A stretch of DNA of 64,000 bases from an uncultured Pelagibacteraceae bacterium. Lineage in GTDB: Bacteria; Pseudomonadota; Alphaproteobacteria; Pelagibacterales; Pelagibacteraceae. Numbering within the stretch: position 1 is the stretch's first letter; the number at the start of each line of letters is the position of its first letter. The DNA is taken from NCBI GenBank assembly GCA_902551755.1, contig CACDEB010000001.1, positions 121,803 to 185,802 on the forward strand, given 5' to 3'. Both the position numbers and the translations under genes were made by a program. The notes beneath the pieces are model-generated. The model saw only the letters and a program-made list of their open reading frames with translations, was not told the origin of the DNA and made no database searches. Shown piece by piece: positions 49,496 to 61,689 of the stretch.

Positions 49496-50200
49496 ATGCA
49501 ACAAAATCTGCAAAAAAAAAGAGGTCTTGTAAAAAAAGTTTTTGATAACGTCTACAATAAGTACGATCTCATGAATGATTTTATGTCTTTGGGTGTCCAC
49601 AGACAGTGGAAAAGAGAACTCATCAGACAAATGAATCCCTATCCAGAGAGTACTTTAATTGATGTTGCATGTGGTACTGGAGATATTGCTAAATTATTTG
49701 CTGATAATACATCCAATAAATCAAAAATATTATGCGTCGATTTTAATAAAAAAATGTTGGACGAAGGAAAAAAAAGGTTATCAAATTATAAAAATATTAA
49801 CTGGAAGGTTTCAAGAGCTGAAAAAATTGATGCACCAAATGAAACCTTTGATTATTATACAATTAGCTTCGGTTTAAGAAACACAAAGAATTTAAACTCA
49901 ACTATCTCGGAAGCTTATAGGGTTTTGAAAAAAGGAGGTAGATTTTTCTGCCTTGAGTTTTCAAAAATTCAAAACCAAAATTTAGATTTCATTTACAAAC
50001 AGTATTCAAAACTAATACCATTAATAGGTAAATTAGTAGTTGGAAAAAGTGCACCTTATGAATACTTGGTTCAAAGTATTGATGAATTTGTTAATCAAGA
50101 AGAATTACTCGATTTAATCAAAAGTAAAAATTTCTATAATGCCAGTTATAAAAACTTGTCTGGCGGTATTGTATCTTTACATACAGGTTGGAAAATATGA
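49496..50200 (+). CDS. ubiE: Ubiquinone/menaquinone C-methyltransferase
   Basis: YDLMNDFMSLGVHRQWK, DVACGTGD and ISFGLRN. Confidence 0.96.
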   Translation: MQQNLQKKRGLVKKVFDNVYNKYDLMNDFMSLGVHRQWKRELIRQMNPYPESTLIDVACGTGDIAKLFADNTSNKSKILCVDFNKKMLDEGKKRLSNYKNINWKVSRAEKIDAPNETFDYYTISFGLRNTKNLNSTISEAYRVLKKGGRFFCLEFSKIQNQNLDFIYKQYSKLIPLIGKLVVGKSAPYEYLVQSIDEFVNQEELLDLIKSKNFYNASYKNLSGGIVSLHTGWKI

Positions 50201-51762
50201 TTTTTAATAAATTCTTTATACTTTTCAAAATTGGAAGAAAAATTGGCAAATCTAATATAATAAACATAGTTTCGGAAACTCATAAAATACCAGTATTCAT
50301 TAAATTATTTTTTAATTTGTTAGCTTTTTCACTTTCAAGTTCAAATAATACGAAAAGTAAGGGTAAAGAAAACTTGAGTGAGTCAATTCAAGAAATGGGA
50401 ACTACTTTTATAAAACTTGGTCAATTCTTGGCCACACGCCCAGATATAATCGGTGAAAAATTGTCTAAAGAACTTGAGTCTCTTCAAGATAAATTGCCTC
50501 CTTTTTCAAAAAAAGAGGCGGAAAAAATTATAATAGAAAATTTAGGTCGGTCTAATTTTGATGATATAATTGATTTATCAGAACCTATAGCAGCTGCTTC
50601 GATAGCCCAAGTCCATAAAGCCAAAATTAAAGAGGATGATATAATCAAAAATGTTGCAATAAAAGTTTTAAGACCAAACATTAAGAAAATTTTTAATGAT
50701 GAGATAGATGCCATTATGTTATTGGCATATATAATTGAAAGTTTAATCAGCAAAACAAAAAGACTTAAACTCATTGAAGTTGTTTTTCTTTTCAAAGAAA
50801 TTACAAATCACGAGATGGACTTAAGATTTGAAGCTGCAGCTGCAAATGAGTATGCTGAAAATACCAAAAATGATTTAGGATTTTTTGTCCCTAAAATATA
50901 TTGGAATTTTACAAGCGAAAGTGTTCTTACCTTAGATTGGGTGGATGGGGTATCGATAAGAGAAAAGGACTTACTCAAAGAAAAAAATATTGAGACCTCT
51001 AAAATAGCTACAAATTTAATTCAACATTTTTTAAGACATGCAGTCCGTGATGGATTTTTTCATGCTGACATGCACCAAGGAAATATTTTTATCAATGAGT
51101 CTTCCCAAATAGTTCCAATAGATTTTGGTATAATGGGAAGAATAGATAAATTGAGTAGAAGATACTTAGCAGAAATTCTATACGGATTTGTACGTAGAGA
51201 TTACAAAAAAGTAGCTGAGGTACATTTGTTAGCTGGATTGGTACCAAAAGGCACATCTGTAGAGGAATTAGCTCAAGCCTTGAGATCTATTGGAGAGCCA
51301 ATATTTGGCCAGAGTGTTAAAGACATATCGGGTGGAAAATTATTAAAACAATTATTTGATATTACAGAAAAATTTAATATGCAAACTCAACCACAATTAC
51401 TACTTTTACAAAAAACAATGGTTGTAGTAGAGGGTGTTGCAAGGAATTTAGATCCAAATAATAATATATGGGAGACCTCTAGACCTGTCTTAGAGAACTG
51501 GCTAAAAGAGACTAAAGATCCTGTAAAGAATATGATGGATACATTAAAAGACTCTTCTGAAGTAATTAAAAGAATTCCTGAGTTACCTAAGATAATGGAT
51601 AATGCAAATCAGGCTTTAGCATTTTTGGCAAGTGGTCAGATACCCCAAAATACAAATTCCTTTTCTTCTTTTAATGACAAAAAAAATGAGATGAAATCAA
51701 TTAGAAATCAAAGTATTATTGGTTTATTAGTGCTTGTCTTTTTAGGTGTCATAGTATTTTAA
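50197..51762 (+). CDS. ubiB: Ubiquinone biosynthesis kinase-like protein
   Basis: IKLGQFLATRPD, AAASIAQVHKA and FFHADMHQGN; start at 50197 by ATGA overlap. Confidence 0.96.
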   Translation: MIFNKFFILFKIGRKIGKSNIINIVSETHKIPVFIKLFFNLLAFSLSSSNNTKSKGKENLSESIQEMGTTFIKLGQFLATRPDIIGEKLSKELESLQDKLPPFSKKEAEKIIIENLGRSNFDDIIDLSEPIAAASIAQVHKAKIKEDDIIKNVAIKVLRPNIKKIFNDEIDAIMLLAYIIESLISKTKRLKLIEVVFLFKEITNHEMDLRFEAAAANEYAENTKNDLGFFVPKIYWNFTSESVLTLDWVDGVSIREKDLLKEKNIETSKIATNLIQHFLRHAVRDGFFHADMHQGNIFINESSQIVPIDFGIMGRIDKLSRRYLAEILYGFVRRDYKKVAEVHLLAGLVPKGTSVEELAQALRSIGEPIFGQSVKDISGGKLLKQLFDITEKFNMQTQPQLLLLQKTMVVVEGVARNLDPNNNIWETSRPVLENWLKETKDPVKNMMDTLKDSSEVIKRIPELPKIMDNANQALAFLASGQIPQNTNSFSSFNDKKNEMKSIRNQSIIGLLVLVFLGVIVF

Positions 51763-51768
51763 TTCTGT

Positions 51769-52983
51769 ATGAAATTTTTAGAAAATAAAAAAATATTGAT
51801 TATAATAACAGGTGGAATTGCCGCTTATAAAACATTAGATCTAATTAGAAAATTATCAAAGCTAAATTGTGAAATTAAAACAATTTTAACTAAAAGCGGT
51901 AAAGAATTTGTAACCCCTTTATCAATTACCTCATTATCAAAGAATAAAGTTTATACGGATTTATTTTCAGTGGAAAATGAAAGTGAAATGGATCATATCT
52001 CTCTTTCAAGATGGTCCGATCTAATACTTGTTGCTCCAGCTTCTTCAAATTTTCTTACAAAAATTTCAAATGGTTTTTCAGATGATTTGGCAAGCACTGT
52101 AATTAAAGCATCAGATAAAAAGGTTTTTTTGTGCCCTGCAATGAACGTTAGAATGTGGGAACACGCATCAAATAAACAGAGCATCAATACCTTAAAGAGT
52201 TATGGTTATAGAATTTTAGGACCAGAAATTGGTGAGATGGCGTGTGGTGAATTTGGGGAAGGAAAGATGTTAGAAGTTGATGAAATTATTAATCAACTTG
52301 AAATTTATTTTAAACAAATAAGTAAAAACAAAAAATTAAAAGCGATAGTTACTGCTGGACCTACTCAAGAATTGATTGATCCTGTTAGGTTTATCACCAA
52401 CAGATCTAGTGGTAAACAAGGATATGAGATCGCAAATTCCTTAGTAGAAAATGGATTTGATACAACACTAATCTCTGGACCTACTAACTTAAAGCCGAAT
52501 GATAACTTAAAATTAATAAAGGTCAAAACTGGTGAAGAAATGCACAAAAAAACAATGGAGTTGCTTCCGTGTGATCTTGCAATTTTTACAGCTGCGGTAT
52601 CAGATTTTAAGATAAAAAAATTTAATAAAGAGAAAATTAAAAAAGATAAAGATCAAAGTTTTGATTTAGACTTAAATCCAGATATTTTAGAATTGGTTTC
52701 TAAAAGTAATAAAAAACCAAAAATTGTTGTTGGTTTTGCCGCCGAGTCTGAAAATTTATTTGATAATGCAAGATCAAAACTGGAAAAAAAAGGTTGTGAT
52801 TTGATTGTTGCAAATGATGTAAGTAATAATGAAATTGGGTTTGAGTCCGATTTTAATGAAGTTCATTTGTTTTATAAGGACAAAAACATAGATGATGAAA
52901 AAATCCCAAAAAATTTCAAATCTGCCATTGCAGATGAATTAATTAAAAAAATTACGAATAAATTTAATTTTTTTAATGATTAA
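51769..52983 (+). CDS. coaBC: Phosphopantothenoylcysteine decarboxylase/ligase
   Basis: GGIAAYK, PAMNVRMW and DPVRFITNRSSGKQG. Confidence 0.97.
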   Translation: MKFLENKKILIIITGGIAAYKTLDLIRKLSKLNCEIKTILTKSGKEFVTPLSITSLSKNKVYTDLFSVENESEMDHISLSRWSDLILVAPASSNFLTKISNGFSDDLASTVIKASDKKVFLCPAMNVRMWEHASNKQSINTLKSYGYRILGPEIGEMACGEFGEGKMLEVDEIINQLEIYFKQISKNKKLKAIVTAGPTQELIDPVRFITNRSSGKQGYEIANSLVENGFDTTLISGPTNLKPNDNLKLIKVKTGEEMHKKTMELLPCDLAIFTAAVSDFKIKKFNKEKIKKDKDQSFDLDLNPDILELVSKSNKKPKIVVGFAAESENLFDNARSKLEKKGCDLIVANDVSNNEIGFESDFNEVHLFYKDKNIDDEKIPKNFKSAIADELIKKITNKFNFFND

Positions 52984-53416
52984 GGTTTTAATTAAAAAGT
53001 TAAACCAAAAAGTAAAAATTCCCTCCTATAAAACGACAGGGTCTTCTGGAGTTGATCTTGAAGCATTTTTAGAAAATCCAATTGAAATAGGGCCAAATAA
53101 ATCTGCTTTAATTCCAACCGGACTTGCAATTGCTATTCCTGAAGACACGGAGGTTCAAATACGTCCAAGATCTGGACTTGCAGCTAAGTCTAGTATTGGA
53201 GTGCTTAACTCACCGGGTACAATTGATAGTGATTATCGAGGAGAGATTAAAATTATTCTTTTTAATCATGGTAATGAAAAATTTTTAGTTAATAATGGAG
53301 ATAGAATAGCTCAAATGGTATTGATGCCTGTTTTGAAATTTGAGTTTGAAGAAACAAAAAATTTACCAGACACTTTAAGGGGTTCAGGTGGATTTGGATC
53401 TACTGGAAAAAAATGA
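52976..53416 (+). CDS. dut: dUTP diphosphatase
   Basis: RPRSGLA, NSPGTIDSDYRGE and RGSGGFGSTG. Confidence 0.98.
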   Translation: MIKVLIKKLNQKVKIPSYKTTGSSGVDLEAFLENPIEIGPNKSALIPTGLAIAIPEDTEVQIRPRSGLAAKSSIGVLNSPGTIDSDYRGEIKIILFNHGNEKFLVNNGDRIAQMVLMPVLKFEFEETKNLPDTLRGSGGFGSTGKK

Positions 53417-54144
53417 ACTTAAAAACAAAAGAACTTGAAAGATATTCCCGACAAATAATTATTAAAGATATTGGTATCTCAGGACAAAAAAAAATTAAAA
53501 ACTCAAAAGTTCTTATTGTTGGATTAGGTGGACTAGGATGTCCTGTTGCAGAATATTTGTCTAGAACTGGTGTAGGCACGATTGGTTTAATCGATCATGA
53601 TAAGATAGATCTTTCAAATATACATAGGCAATCTATGTTTACCACAAAAGATATTGGTAAATTTAAAGTAAAAGTAGTTAGTGATAGGGTTAAGAAAATT
53701 AATCCAAATATTAAGATAGAAAGTTATAAAAAAAAATTAAATCAATCAAATGTTGAAGACCTAATAAAGAATTTTGATATAGTGGTAGATGGAACAGACA
53801 ATTTCACAAGTAAGTTTCTTGTGAATGAGTTTTCTAGGAAATTTAAAAAAATTTTCGTGTGTGGTGCGATTAGTAAATTTGATGGTCACATATTTAGTTT
53901 TAACTTTTCAAAAGATAAAAGATTGTGTTTAAAATCTTTTTATCAAACGATACCAAACGATGAAGTTTTAAATTGTGAGGCAGATGGTGTTGTTGGTACA
54001 ATAGCAAGTGTTGTAGGCAGTATTCAGGCAAATGAAGTAATTAAAAATATTGTCGGAATTGGAAAAAGTTTAAATGGTAAGGTTTTAATTATAAATCTTT
54101 TAAATCTAGACTTTAGAGTAAGTAACCTTAAAAAGATAAGATGA
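53413..54144 (+). CDS. HesA/MoeB/ThiF family adenylyltransferase
   Basis: RYSRQI, GLGGLG, SNIHRQ and DGTDNF. Confidence 0.92.
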   Translation: MNLKTKELERYSRQIIIKDIGISGQKKIKNSKVLIVGLGGLGCPVAEYLSRTGVGTIGLIDHDKIDLSNIHRQSMFTTKDIGKFKVKVVSDRVKKINPNIKIESYKKKLNQSNVEDLIKNFDIVVDGTDNFTSKFLVNEFSRKFKKIFVCGAISKFDGHIFSFNFSKDKRLCLKSFYQTIPNDEVLNCEADGVVGTIASVVGSIQANEVIKNIVGIGKSLNGKVLIINLLNLDFRVSNLKKIR

Positions 54145-54590
54145 TTAAAAAATTTTTAATTATAAATTTATTTTTATTTAGTTTTTTTTTGACTAATTCT
54201 TATTCAGATAACAATACATATATGTCACTTAAGAATAAAAAAGTAAATGTAAGGTATGGCCCTGGATTAGATTACCCAATAAAATTTGTATTTAATAAAA
54301 AAAATTATCCGGTTGAAATTATAGATGAAAAAGAAAATTTTAGAAAAATTTTAGATTTTAAAAAAAATAGTGGATGGATTCATAGATCTCAATTAAAAAA
54401 AAGTAATTCATTTATAACGCTAGATACTGTAATTCTTTTTTCTGATAGTACAAAATTTTCAAGACCTATTGCAAAAATTGATTCAGGTAGACTATTAAAT
54501 AAGAAAAAGTGTAATTTAAATTGGTGTAGAGTTGAAACTGGAGAATATAAAGGATGGGTTTTAAAAGAAAATCTTTGGGGGTTAAATTAA
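54141..54590 (+). CDS. Exported bacterial SH3-domain protein
   Basis: VNVRYGPG, GWIH and WCRV..GWV motifs. Confidence 0.85.
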   Translation: MIKKFLIINLFLFSFFLTNSYSDNNTYMSLKNKKVNVRYGPGLDYPIKFVFNKKNYPVEIIDEKENFRKILDFKKNSGWIHRSQLKKSNSFITLDTVILFSDSTKFSRPIAKIDSGRLLNKKKCNLNWCRVETGEYKGWVLKENLWGLN

Positions 54591-54591
54591 A

Positions 54592-55077
54592 ATGAAATAC
54601 AAAATTGACGATCAAATTCCCAATTGTGAAGTTTTTCAATTAATTGATGGAAATCCGAAAAAATTTCAAATAAACGACTTTTTTAAAGATAATAAATTTA
54701 TTCTATTAGGAATGCCCGGTGCGTTTACATCTGTGTGCTCAAATAAACATTTACCAAGTTATAAAAAAAACATTGATAAGATCAGATCCAAAGGTGTTGA
54801 AAAAGTTTTTTGTATCAGTGTAAATGATCCATATGTAATGGATGCTTGGGCCAAAATTTCAAAAGTTGAGAATGAGATAATAATGTTAGCAGATCCTTTT
54901 GGAGATTTTGCCAACAAATTAGGAGTATTAGTAAACAAAGATGCAAAAGGTTTAGGTATGAGATCTAGTCGTTATACGATGATTATTGAAAATAAAGTTA
55001 TAAAATACGTAGCTGTAGAAAAGGAAACAGGAATCTGTGAGCTATCAGCTGCAGATAATGTTTTATCTAAGCTTTAG
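54592..55077 (+). CDS. Peroxiredoxin (Prx5 type)
   Basis: PGAFTSVCSNKHLP, SVNDPYVM and RSSRY. Confidence 0.93.
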   Translation: MKYKIDDQIPNCEVFQLIDGNPKKFQINDFFKDNKFILLGMPGAFTSVCSNKHLPSYKKNIDKIRSKGVEKVFCISVNDPYVMDAWAKISKVENEIIMLADPFGDFANKLGVLVNKDAKGLGMRSSRYTMIIENKVIKYVAVEKETGICELSAADNVLSKL

Positions 55078-55087
55078 AGGTCTTTAT

Positions 55088-55267
55088 TTATTTTTGTTGT
55101 GAACAAACGTCTTTGATAACCGGTACATTAGCACAATCACCACATTTAGTTAACTGAACTAAACATCCGTCATCTAGAACTTTTACATCAACTTTTCTAT
55201 CACACTTGGAGCATGTAGAAGAGATTGTAAGTCCACATTTTTTACAGTTATAATTTTGTAGTTCCAT
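55088..55267 (-). CDS. 59-aa Cys-rich metal-binding microprotein (8 Cys, three CxxC)
   Basis: Translated by hand: MELQNYNCKKCGLTISSTCSKCDRKVDVKVLDDGCLVQLTKCGDCANVPVIKDVCSQQK; just under the ORF-track cutoff. Confidence 0.75.
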   Translation of the reverse strand: MELQNYNCKKCGLTISSTCSKCDRKVDVKVLDDGCLVQLTKCGDCANVPVIKDVCSQQK

Positions 55268-55312
55268 AAAAGAAAAAATAATTGCTGAAAAAATATTTAC
55301 AAGAAAATATTG

Positions 55313-55333
55313 TGATAATGATAATTGTTTGCA
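55313..55333. promoter_or_regulatory. Fur-box-like site, proximal
   Basis: TGATAATGATAATTGTTTGCA; contains GATAATGATAAT, the first 12 nt of the classic Fur box. Confidence 0.5.
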
Positions 55334-55368
55334 AAAAAAAAATTTTTTATGCGATTATTTGATTTGAA

Positions 55369-55383
55369 TAATAATCATTCTCA
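55369..55383. promoter_or_regulatory. Fur-box-like site, distal
   Basis: TAATAAT-C-ATTCTCA; two mismatches to the 7-1-7 TGATAAT-N-ATTATCA motif. Confidence 0.45.
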
Positions 55384-55387
55384 ATGA

Positions 55388-55630
55388 TTATTTTTTAGAT
55401 TTACTTGCCCACCATTTGTCTAAAATAAAATACCAAACAGAGTTAGCGATAGGTTCAACTATAGCGTCAGTCAGAGCAATCATAAAAGAAACATCTGCAA
55501 CTAACATTAAAACTGTGATTGCTATTGCAAAGTGACCAACTGTATAAACAATTGTTCTTAATATTGAGCCTCTATTATTACTGTATATTTCTTTACTTGC
55601 TTCAAATATACCTTTTGTAACTTCGACCAT
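55388..55630 (-). CDS. DUF2061-like membrane protein
   Basis: SILRTIVYTVGHFAIA...EPIANSVWYFILDKWW. Confidence 0.75.
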   Translation of the reverse strand: MVEVTKGIFEASKEIYSNNRGSILRTIVYTVGHFAIAITVLMLVADVSFMIALTDAIVEPIANSVWYFILDKWWASKSKK

Positions 55631-56242
55631 TTATTTAAAAGGACTTTCTAAAACACATGCTACTAAATGTATTCTAGACTGTTCTCCTCCATTAAAAAAA
55701 TTATGATATTTTGTATTGTTTGTTATCCAAACTTTACCATCTGCTGGCAAGTGTTTTGCAACGTTCTCGATTACCATAGAACACCCTTGATTTGTAATAA
55801 TTGGTACGTGCAATCTGCACTCAGGATCTTTATGCCAGCTAAGCGTTGACCTTGGCTCCTTTAATAAAAGTCTTACTCTTCCAAGCTTAAATTTTTTATT
55901 TAATGTTTCATAAACTTCCTTGAAATAAGTTTTTTCAAACTCCGGTAAAAGTTGCGTATATTTTGACTCGTCTATATCAACGTCTCTTGAAACCTCTTTT
56001 CCACTCTCATCTGCAATAGTCCAATATTTGCCTCTAATTTTATTTCCATTTATCGAGTCAATATCATTCGGTATTTGATTAAGTGGGATAGCACCAAAAT
56101 GCGTAACCCCAGGCGTATTAAATTTTTTTTCTTTAAGAATTATTTCTAAGTCTTTTCTTAATCTATCAATATCAAATTTTAGATTTGGAACTTCGTAGAA
56201 ATCTTCAAAAGATACCTTGGGAGTGTTTATCGCAGTTTCCAT
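55631..56242 (-). CDS. Aspartyl/asparaginyl beta-hydroxylase-like 2OG-Fe(II) oxygenase
   Basis: RVRLL..EP..LSWHKD..RLHVPI..N...HNFFNGG..RIHLV: an HxD...H facial triad. Confidence 0.8.
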   Translation of the reverse strand: METAINTPKVSFEDFYEVPNLKFDIDRLRKDLEIILKEKKFNTPGVTHFGAIPLNQIPNDIDSINGNKIRGKYWTIADESGKEVSRDVDIDESKYTQLLPEFEKTYFKEVYETLNKKFKLGRVRLLLKEPRSTLSWHKDPECRLHVPIITNQGCSMVIENVAKHLPADGKVWITNNTKYHNFFNGGEQSRIHLVACVLESPFK

Positions 56243-56246
56243 TTTT

Positions 56247-58481
<2,235 letters not shown>

Positions 58482-58498
58482 TTAATCTCCTTTATTAA

Positions 58499-58547
58499 TT
58501 TATAATTATTCTAAATAAATTTGTCAACAGTTTAGAACTATTATAAT
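58499..58547 (-). promoter_or_regulatory. katG promoter flanked by two Irr-box (ICE)-like sites
   Basis: TTGACA (58522-58527) - 17 bp - TATAAA (58499-58504); boxes TTTAGAA-N3-TTATAAW at 58499-58515 and 58531-58547. Confidence 0.7.
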
Positions 58548-58559
58548 GTAGAATTTTAA

Positions 58560-58976
58560 TTATTCTGCGTCTTCGACTTTGACTAAGACTTCAACAGACT
58601 TAATTTTTTTGCCAGGAATTCTTGTATTGATTTTAACTGGCTCTACATCTGCATCATCTATGTCTATTAAGTCTTTTTGATTTTCATCATAAAAGTGATG
58701 GTGATGCGACGTATTGGTATCAAAATAACTTTGGTCAGAATTTATCGGTATCTCTTTTAAGTAACCTTTCTTTTTGAAAGCATGGACCGTGTTGTAAACT
58801 GTTGCTAAAGAAATTTTATCGTTTGTTGCTTTACTAATTTTTTTTACCAAATCATTTATTGTAAAATGAAAAGTCTTTTCAGTATTAAATAAGATTTCAC
58901 AAATTTTAATTCTTTGTTTGGTAGGTCTTAAGCCAGAGCTTCTTAATTTATCAATATAATGGCTATTATTAAGCAT
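58560..58976 (-). CDS. irr: Fur-family regulator, Irr type
   Basis: GLRPTKQR, ISLATVYNT and SHHHHFYD; divergent from fabA as in the conserved alphaproteobacterial irr locus. Confidence 0.88.
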   Translation of the reverse strand: MLNNSHYIDKLRSSGLRPTKQRIKICEILFNTEKTFHFTINDLVKKISKATNDKISLATVYNTVHAFKKKGYLKEIPINSDQSYFDTNTSHHHHFYDENQKDLIDIDDADVEPVKINTRIPGKKIKSVEVLVKVEDAE

Positions 58977-58981
58977 TGTTA

Positions 58982-58998
58982 TTTATAATAATTCTAAA
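58982..58998. promoter_or_regulatory. Irr-box-like site upstream of irr (candidate autoregulation)
   Basis: TTTAGAATTATTATAAA on the minus strand, 5 nt before the irr ATG. Confidence 0.6.
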
Positions 58999-59048
58999 CT
59001 AAACCTATATTATATTTAGTTTAAATCAAGTATTAAGGTTATCAAAAA

Positions 59049-59549
59049 ATGAAAAAAAACTCATACACATATGAGGATTTAATTAGTTGCGGAAATGGAG
59101 ATCTTTTTGGACCAGGTAACGCGAAACTTCCCTTACCACCGATGCTAATGTTTGACAGGATCACTGAAATTAGCGAGAATAAGGGTACGTTTAGTAAAGG
59201 ATTAATAATTGCTGAACTGGACATTAAAGATAATCTTTGGTTTTTTGATTGTCATTTTAAAAAAGATCCAGTGATGCCAGGGTGCTTAGGTTTAGATGCG
59301 ATGTGGCAATTAGTTGGATTTTATTTAGGTTGGCTTGGAAATCCAGGAAGAGGAAGGGCTTTGGGTGTAAACACTGTAAAGTTTACTGGTGAAGTTCTAA
59401 AAAATGTCAAAAAAGCAATTTATGAAATAAATATGAAAAAAATTCTTAAAAAAGAAGGAGCGACTGTTGGGCTAGCTAATGGAATACTATTAGCTGATGG
59501 AAAACAAATTTATACAACAGAAAATTTAAAAGTAGGTTTATTTAAATAA
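59049..59549 (+). CDS. fabA: 3-hydroxyacyl-ACP dehydratase/isomerase
   Basis: [12 protein letters not shown] and [24 protein letters not shown]. Confidence 0.98.
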   Translation: MKKNSYTYEDLISCGNGDLFGPGNAKLPLPPMLMFDRITEISENKGTFSKGLIIAELDIKDNLWFFDCHFKKDPVMPGCLGLDAMWQLVGFYLGWLGNPGRGRALGVNTVKFTGEVLKNVKKAIYEINMKKILKKEGATVGLANGILLADGKQIYTTENLKVGLFK

Positions 59550-60760
59550 TGAAAAGAGTAGTTGTAACTGGAATTGGAGTTGTTTCTTGTTTAGGAAACA
59601 ATCAAGATGAGGTCTATCAATCTCTATTAAATTCTAAATCAGGAATTTCTTTTTCAGACGAATACAAAGAGTATAATCTTAAAAGTAACATACATGGAAA
59701 ACCAAAAATTAATCTTGAAGACCATGTTGATAGGAAATTTATTAGGTTTATGGGACCTGGCTCAGCTTACAATTATATATCAATGGCAGAGGCAGTTAAA
59801 GACTCTGGTTTAGAGGATAAAGATGTGAGCAATATATCAACGGGAATGATAATGGGTTCAGGAGGACCATCTATTGAAAACGTAATTTTAGCAGCTGATA
59901 AAACTAGAGCAAAAAGTCCAAAGAGGATGGGTCCGTTTGTAGTACCAAGAACTATGTCAAGCACTGCTTCTGCAACATTAGCGGTTCCATTTAAAATTAA
60001 AGGCGTTAATTATACTATCAGTTCAGCATGCGCAACTAGCGGACACTGCATTGGTAATGCGATGGAATTAATTCAATTAGGAAAACAAAAAATTATTTTT
60101 GCTGGGGGAAGTGATGAAGTTCATTTTGCCATGACCGCTATGTTTGATGCAATGACTGCATTATCTTCAAAATATAATGACACACCAGAAAAAGCTTCGA
60201 GACCTTATGACAAAACAAGGGATGGATTTGTGATAGCCGGTGGTGGTGGAGTTTTGGTTCTAGAGGAATATGAGCATGCAAAAGCACGGGGTGCAAAAAT
60301 ATATGCAGAATTGACTGGTTATGGAGCTACCTCTGATGGTTACGATATGGTTGCACCATCTGGTGAAGGAGCTGTCAGGTGCATGAAAATGGCTTTAAGT
60401 ACTGCAAAAAATAAAATTGATTACATAAACACGCATGGAACATCAACACCTGTTGGTGATATTACCGAATTAAAAGCAGTTGGAGAAACTTTTACAGATT
60501 ATAAACCAAAAATAAGTTCAACAAAATCATTAGCTGGTCACTCCTTAGGAGCTACTTCAGTTCATGAAGCAATTTATAGTTTAATAATGATGAAAAATAG
60601 TTTTATAGCAGCATCCGCAAATATTACTGACATGGATGACGAGGCTAAAAAATATCCGATAGTTACCAAAGTTGAAAAAGATGTTAATTTAAACTCAGTA
60701 ATGTCTAATAGTTTTGGTTTTGGTGGAACTAACGCAACGCTAGTTTTTGAAAAGGTTTAA
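59549..60760 (+). CDS. fabB: Beta-ketoacyl-ACP synthase I
   Basis: [21 protein letters not shown] and NSFGFGGTN. Confidence 0.96.
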   Translation: MKRVVVTGIGVVSCLGNNQDEVYQSLLNSKSGISFSDEYKEYNLKSNIHGKPKINLEDHVDRKFIRFMGPGSAYNYISMAEAVKDSGLEDKDVSNISTGMIMGSGGPSIENVILAADKTRAKSPKRMGPFVVPRTMSSTASATLAVPFKIKGVNYTISSACATSGHCIGNAMELIQLGKQKIIFAGGSDEVHFAMTAMFDAMTALSSKYNDTPEKASRPYDKTRDGFVIAGGGGVLVLEEYEHAKARGAKIYAELTGYGATSDGYDMVAPSGEGAVRCMKMALSTAKNKIDYINTHGTSTPVGDITELKAVGETFTDYKPKISSTKSLAGHSLGATSVHEAIYSLIMMKNSFIAASANITDMDDEAKKYPIVTKVEKDVNLNSVMSNSFGFGGTNATLVFEKV

Positions 60761-60763
60761 TTT

Positions 60764-61549
60764 ATGGATCTAATGAAAGGAAAAAAAGGACTTATCATGG
60801 GTGTTGCAAATGAAAGGTCTATTGCGTGGGGAATATCTCAAAAATTAGCTGAAGCGGGTGCAGAATTAGCATTCACTTACCTCGGGGATGCTCTTAAAAA
60901 GAGAGTTATACCTTTAGCGGAAAAATTAAATTCAAAAGTTACATTTAGTTGCGATGTTGAGAAAAAAGAAGAAGTAGTAAAATTATTCGAAGATATAAAA
61001 AAACAATGGGGTCAAATTGACTTTGTGGTTCATGCAGTTGCATTTTCAGATAAGTCAGAACTGTCTGGTGAGTATCTCAATACAACTAGAGAAAATTTTT
61101 TAAGAAGTATGTTAATTTCATGTTTTTCATTTACAGAGGTTGCAAAAGAAGCATCTAAGATAATGAAAGATGGAGGAAGTATGCTAACATTAACCTACGA
61201 ATCTACAAAAGCGATTCCAAATTATAACGTTATGGGTGTTTGTAAATCTGCATTAGAAGCTAGTGTAAAATATTTAGCAAGGGATTTGGGTTCTAAGAGA
61301 ATTAGAGTAAATGCAATTAGTGCTGGTCCAATTAAAACGCTTGCTGCATCTGCAATTGGTGATGCTAAGTTCTTGTATAAATGGAATGAAAATCATTCTT
61401 TTTTAAAAAGAAATGTTGATATTCATGATGTAGGAAATTCAGCCCTATATTTATTAAGTGATCTAGGAGGGGGTGTGACTGGTGAAATTCATTATGTTGA
61501 TGCTGGTTATAACAAAGTAGGGATGCCTGATCCAAAAAATATGTCCTAA
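60764..61549 (+). CDS. fabI: Enoyl-ACP reductase
   Basis: GVANERSIAWG, YNVMGVCKSALE and ISAGPIKT. Confidence 0.97.
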   Translation: MDLMKGKKGLIMGVANERSIAWGISQKLAEAGAELAFTYLGDALKKRVIPLAEKLNSKVTFSCDVEKKEEVVKLFEDIKKQWGQIDFVVHAVAFSDKSELSGEYLNTTRENFLRSMLISCFSFTEVAKEASKIMKDGGSMLTLTYESTKAIPNYNVMGVCKSALEASVKYLARDLGSKRIRVNAISAGPIKTLAASAIGDAKFLYKWNENHSFLKRNVDIHDVGNSALYLLSDLGGGVTGEIHYVDAGYNKVGMPDPKNMS

Positions 61550-61552
61550 GTT

Positions 61553-61675
61553 ATGGTAGAAATTCTTCTATCAGTCTTTGTGTTGCTGGTTGTTTTAATG
61601 TACTTATTTAGACCAACTTCCAAAAATGAAAAAGATCATTTCAATGATAAAAATAATTGGAGAGGTGGGTTTTGA
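61553..61675 (+). CDS. Possible 40-aa single-TM microprotein
   Basis: MVEILLSVFVLLVVLMYLFRPTSKNEKDHFNDKNNWRGGF; starts 3 nt after the fabI stop and fills the gap. Confidence 0.5.
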   Translation: MVEILLSVFVLLVVLMYLFRPTSKNEKDHFNDKNNWRGGF

Positions 61676-61689
61676 TATTTTGAAAAATA

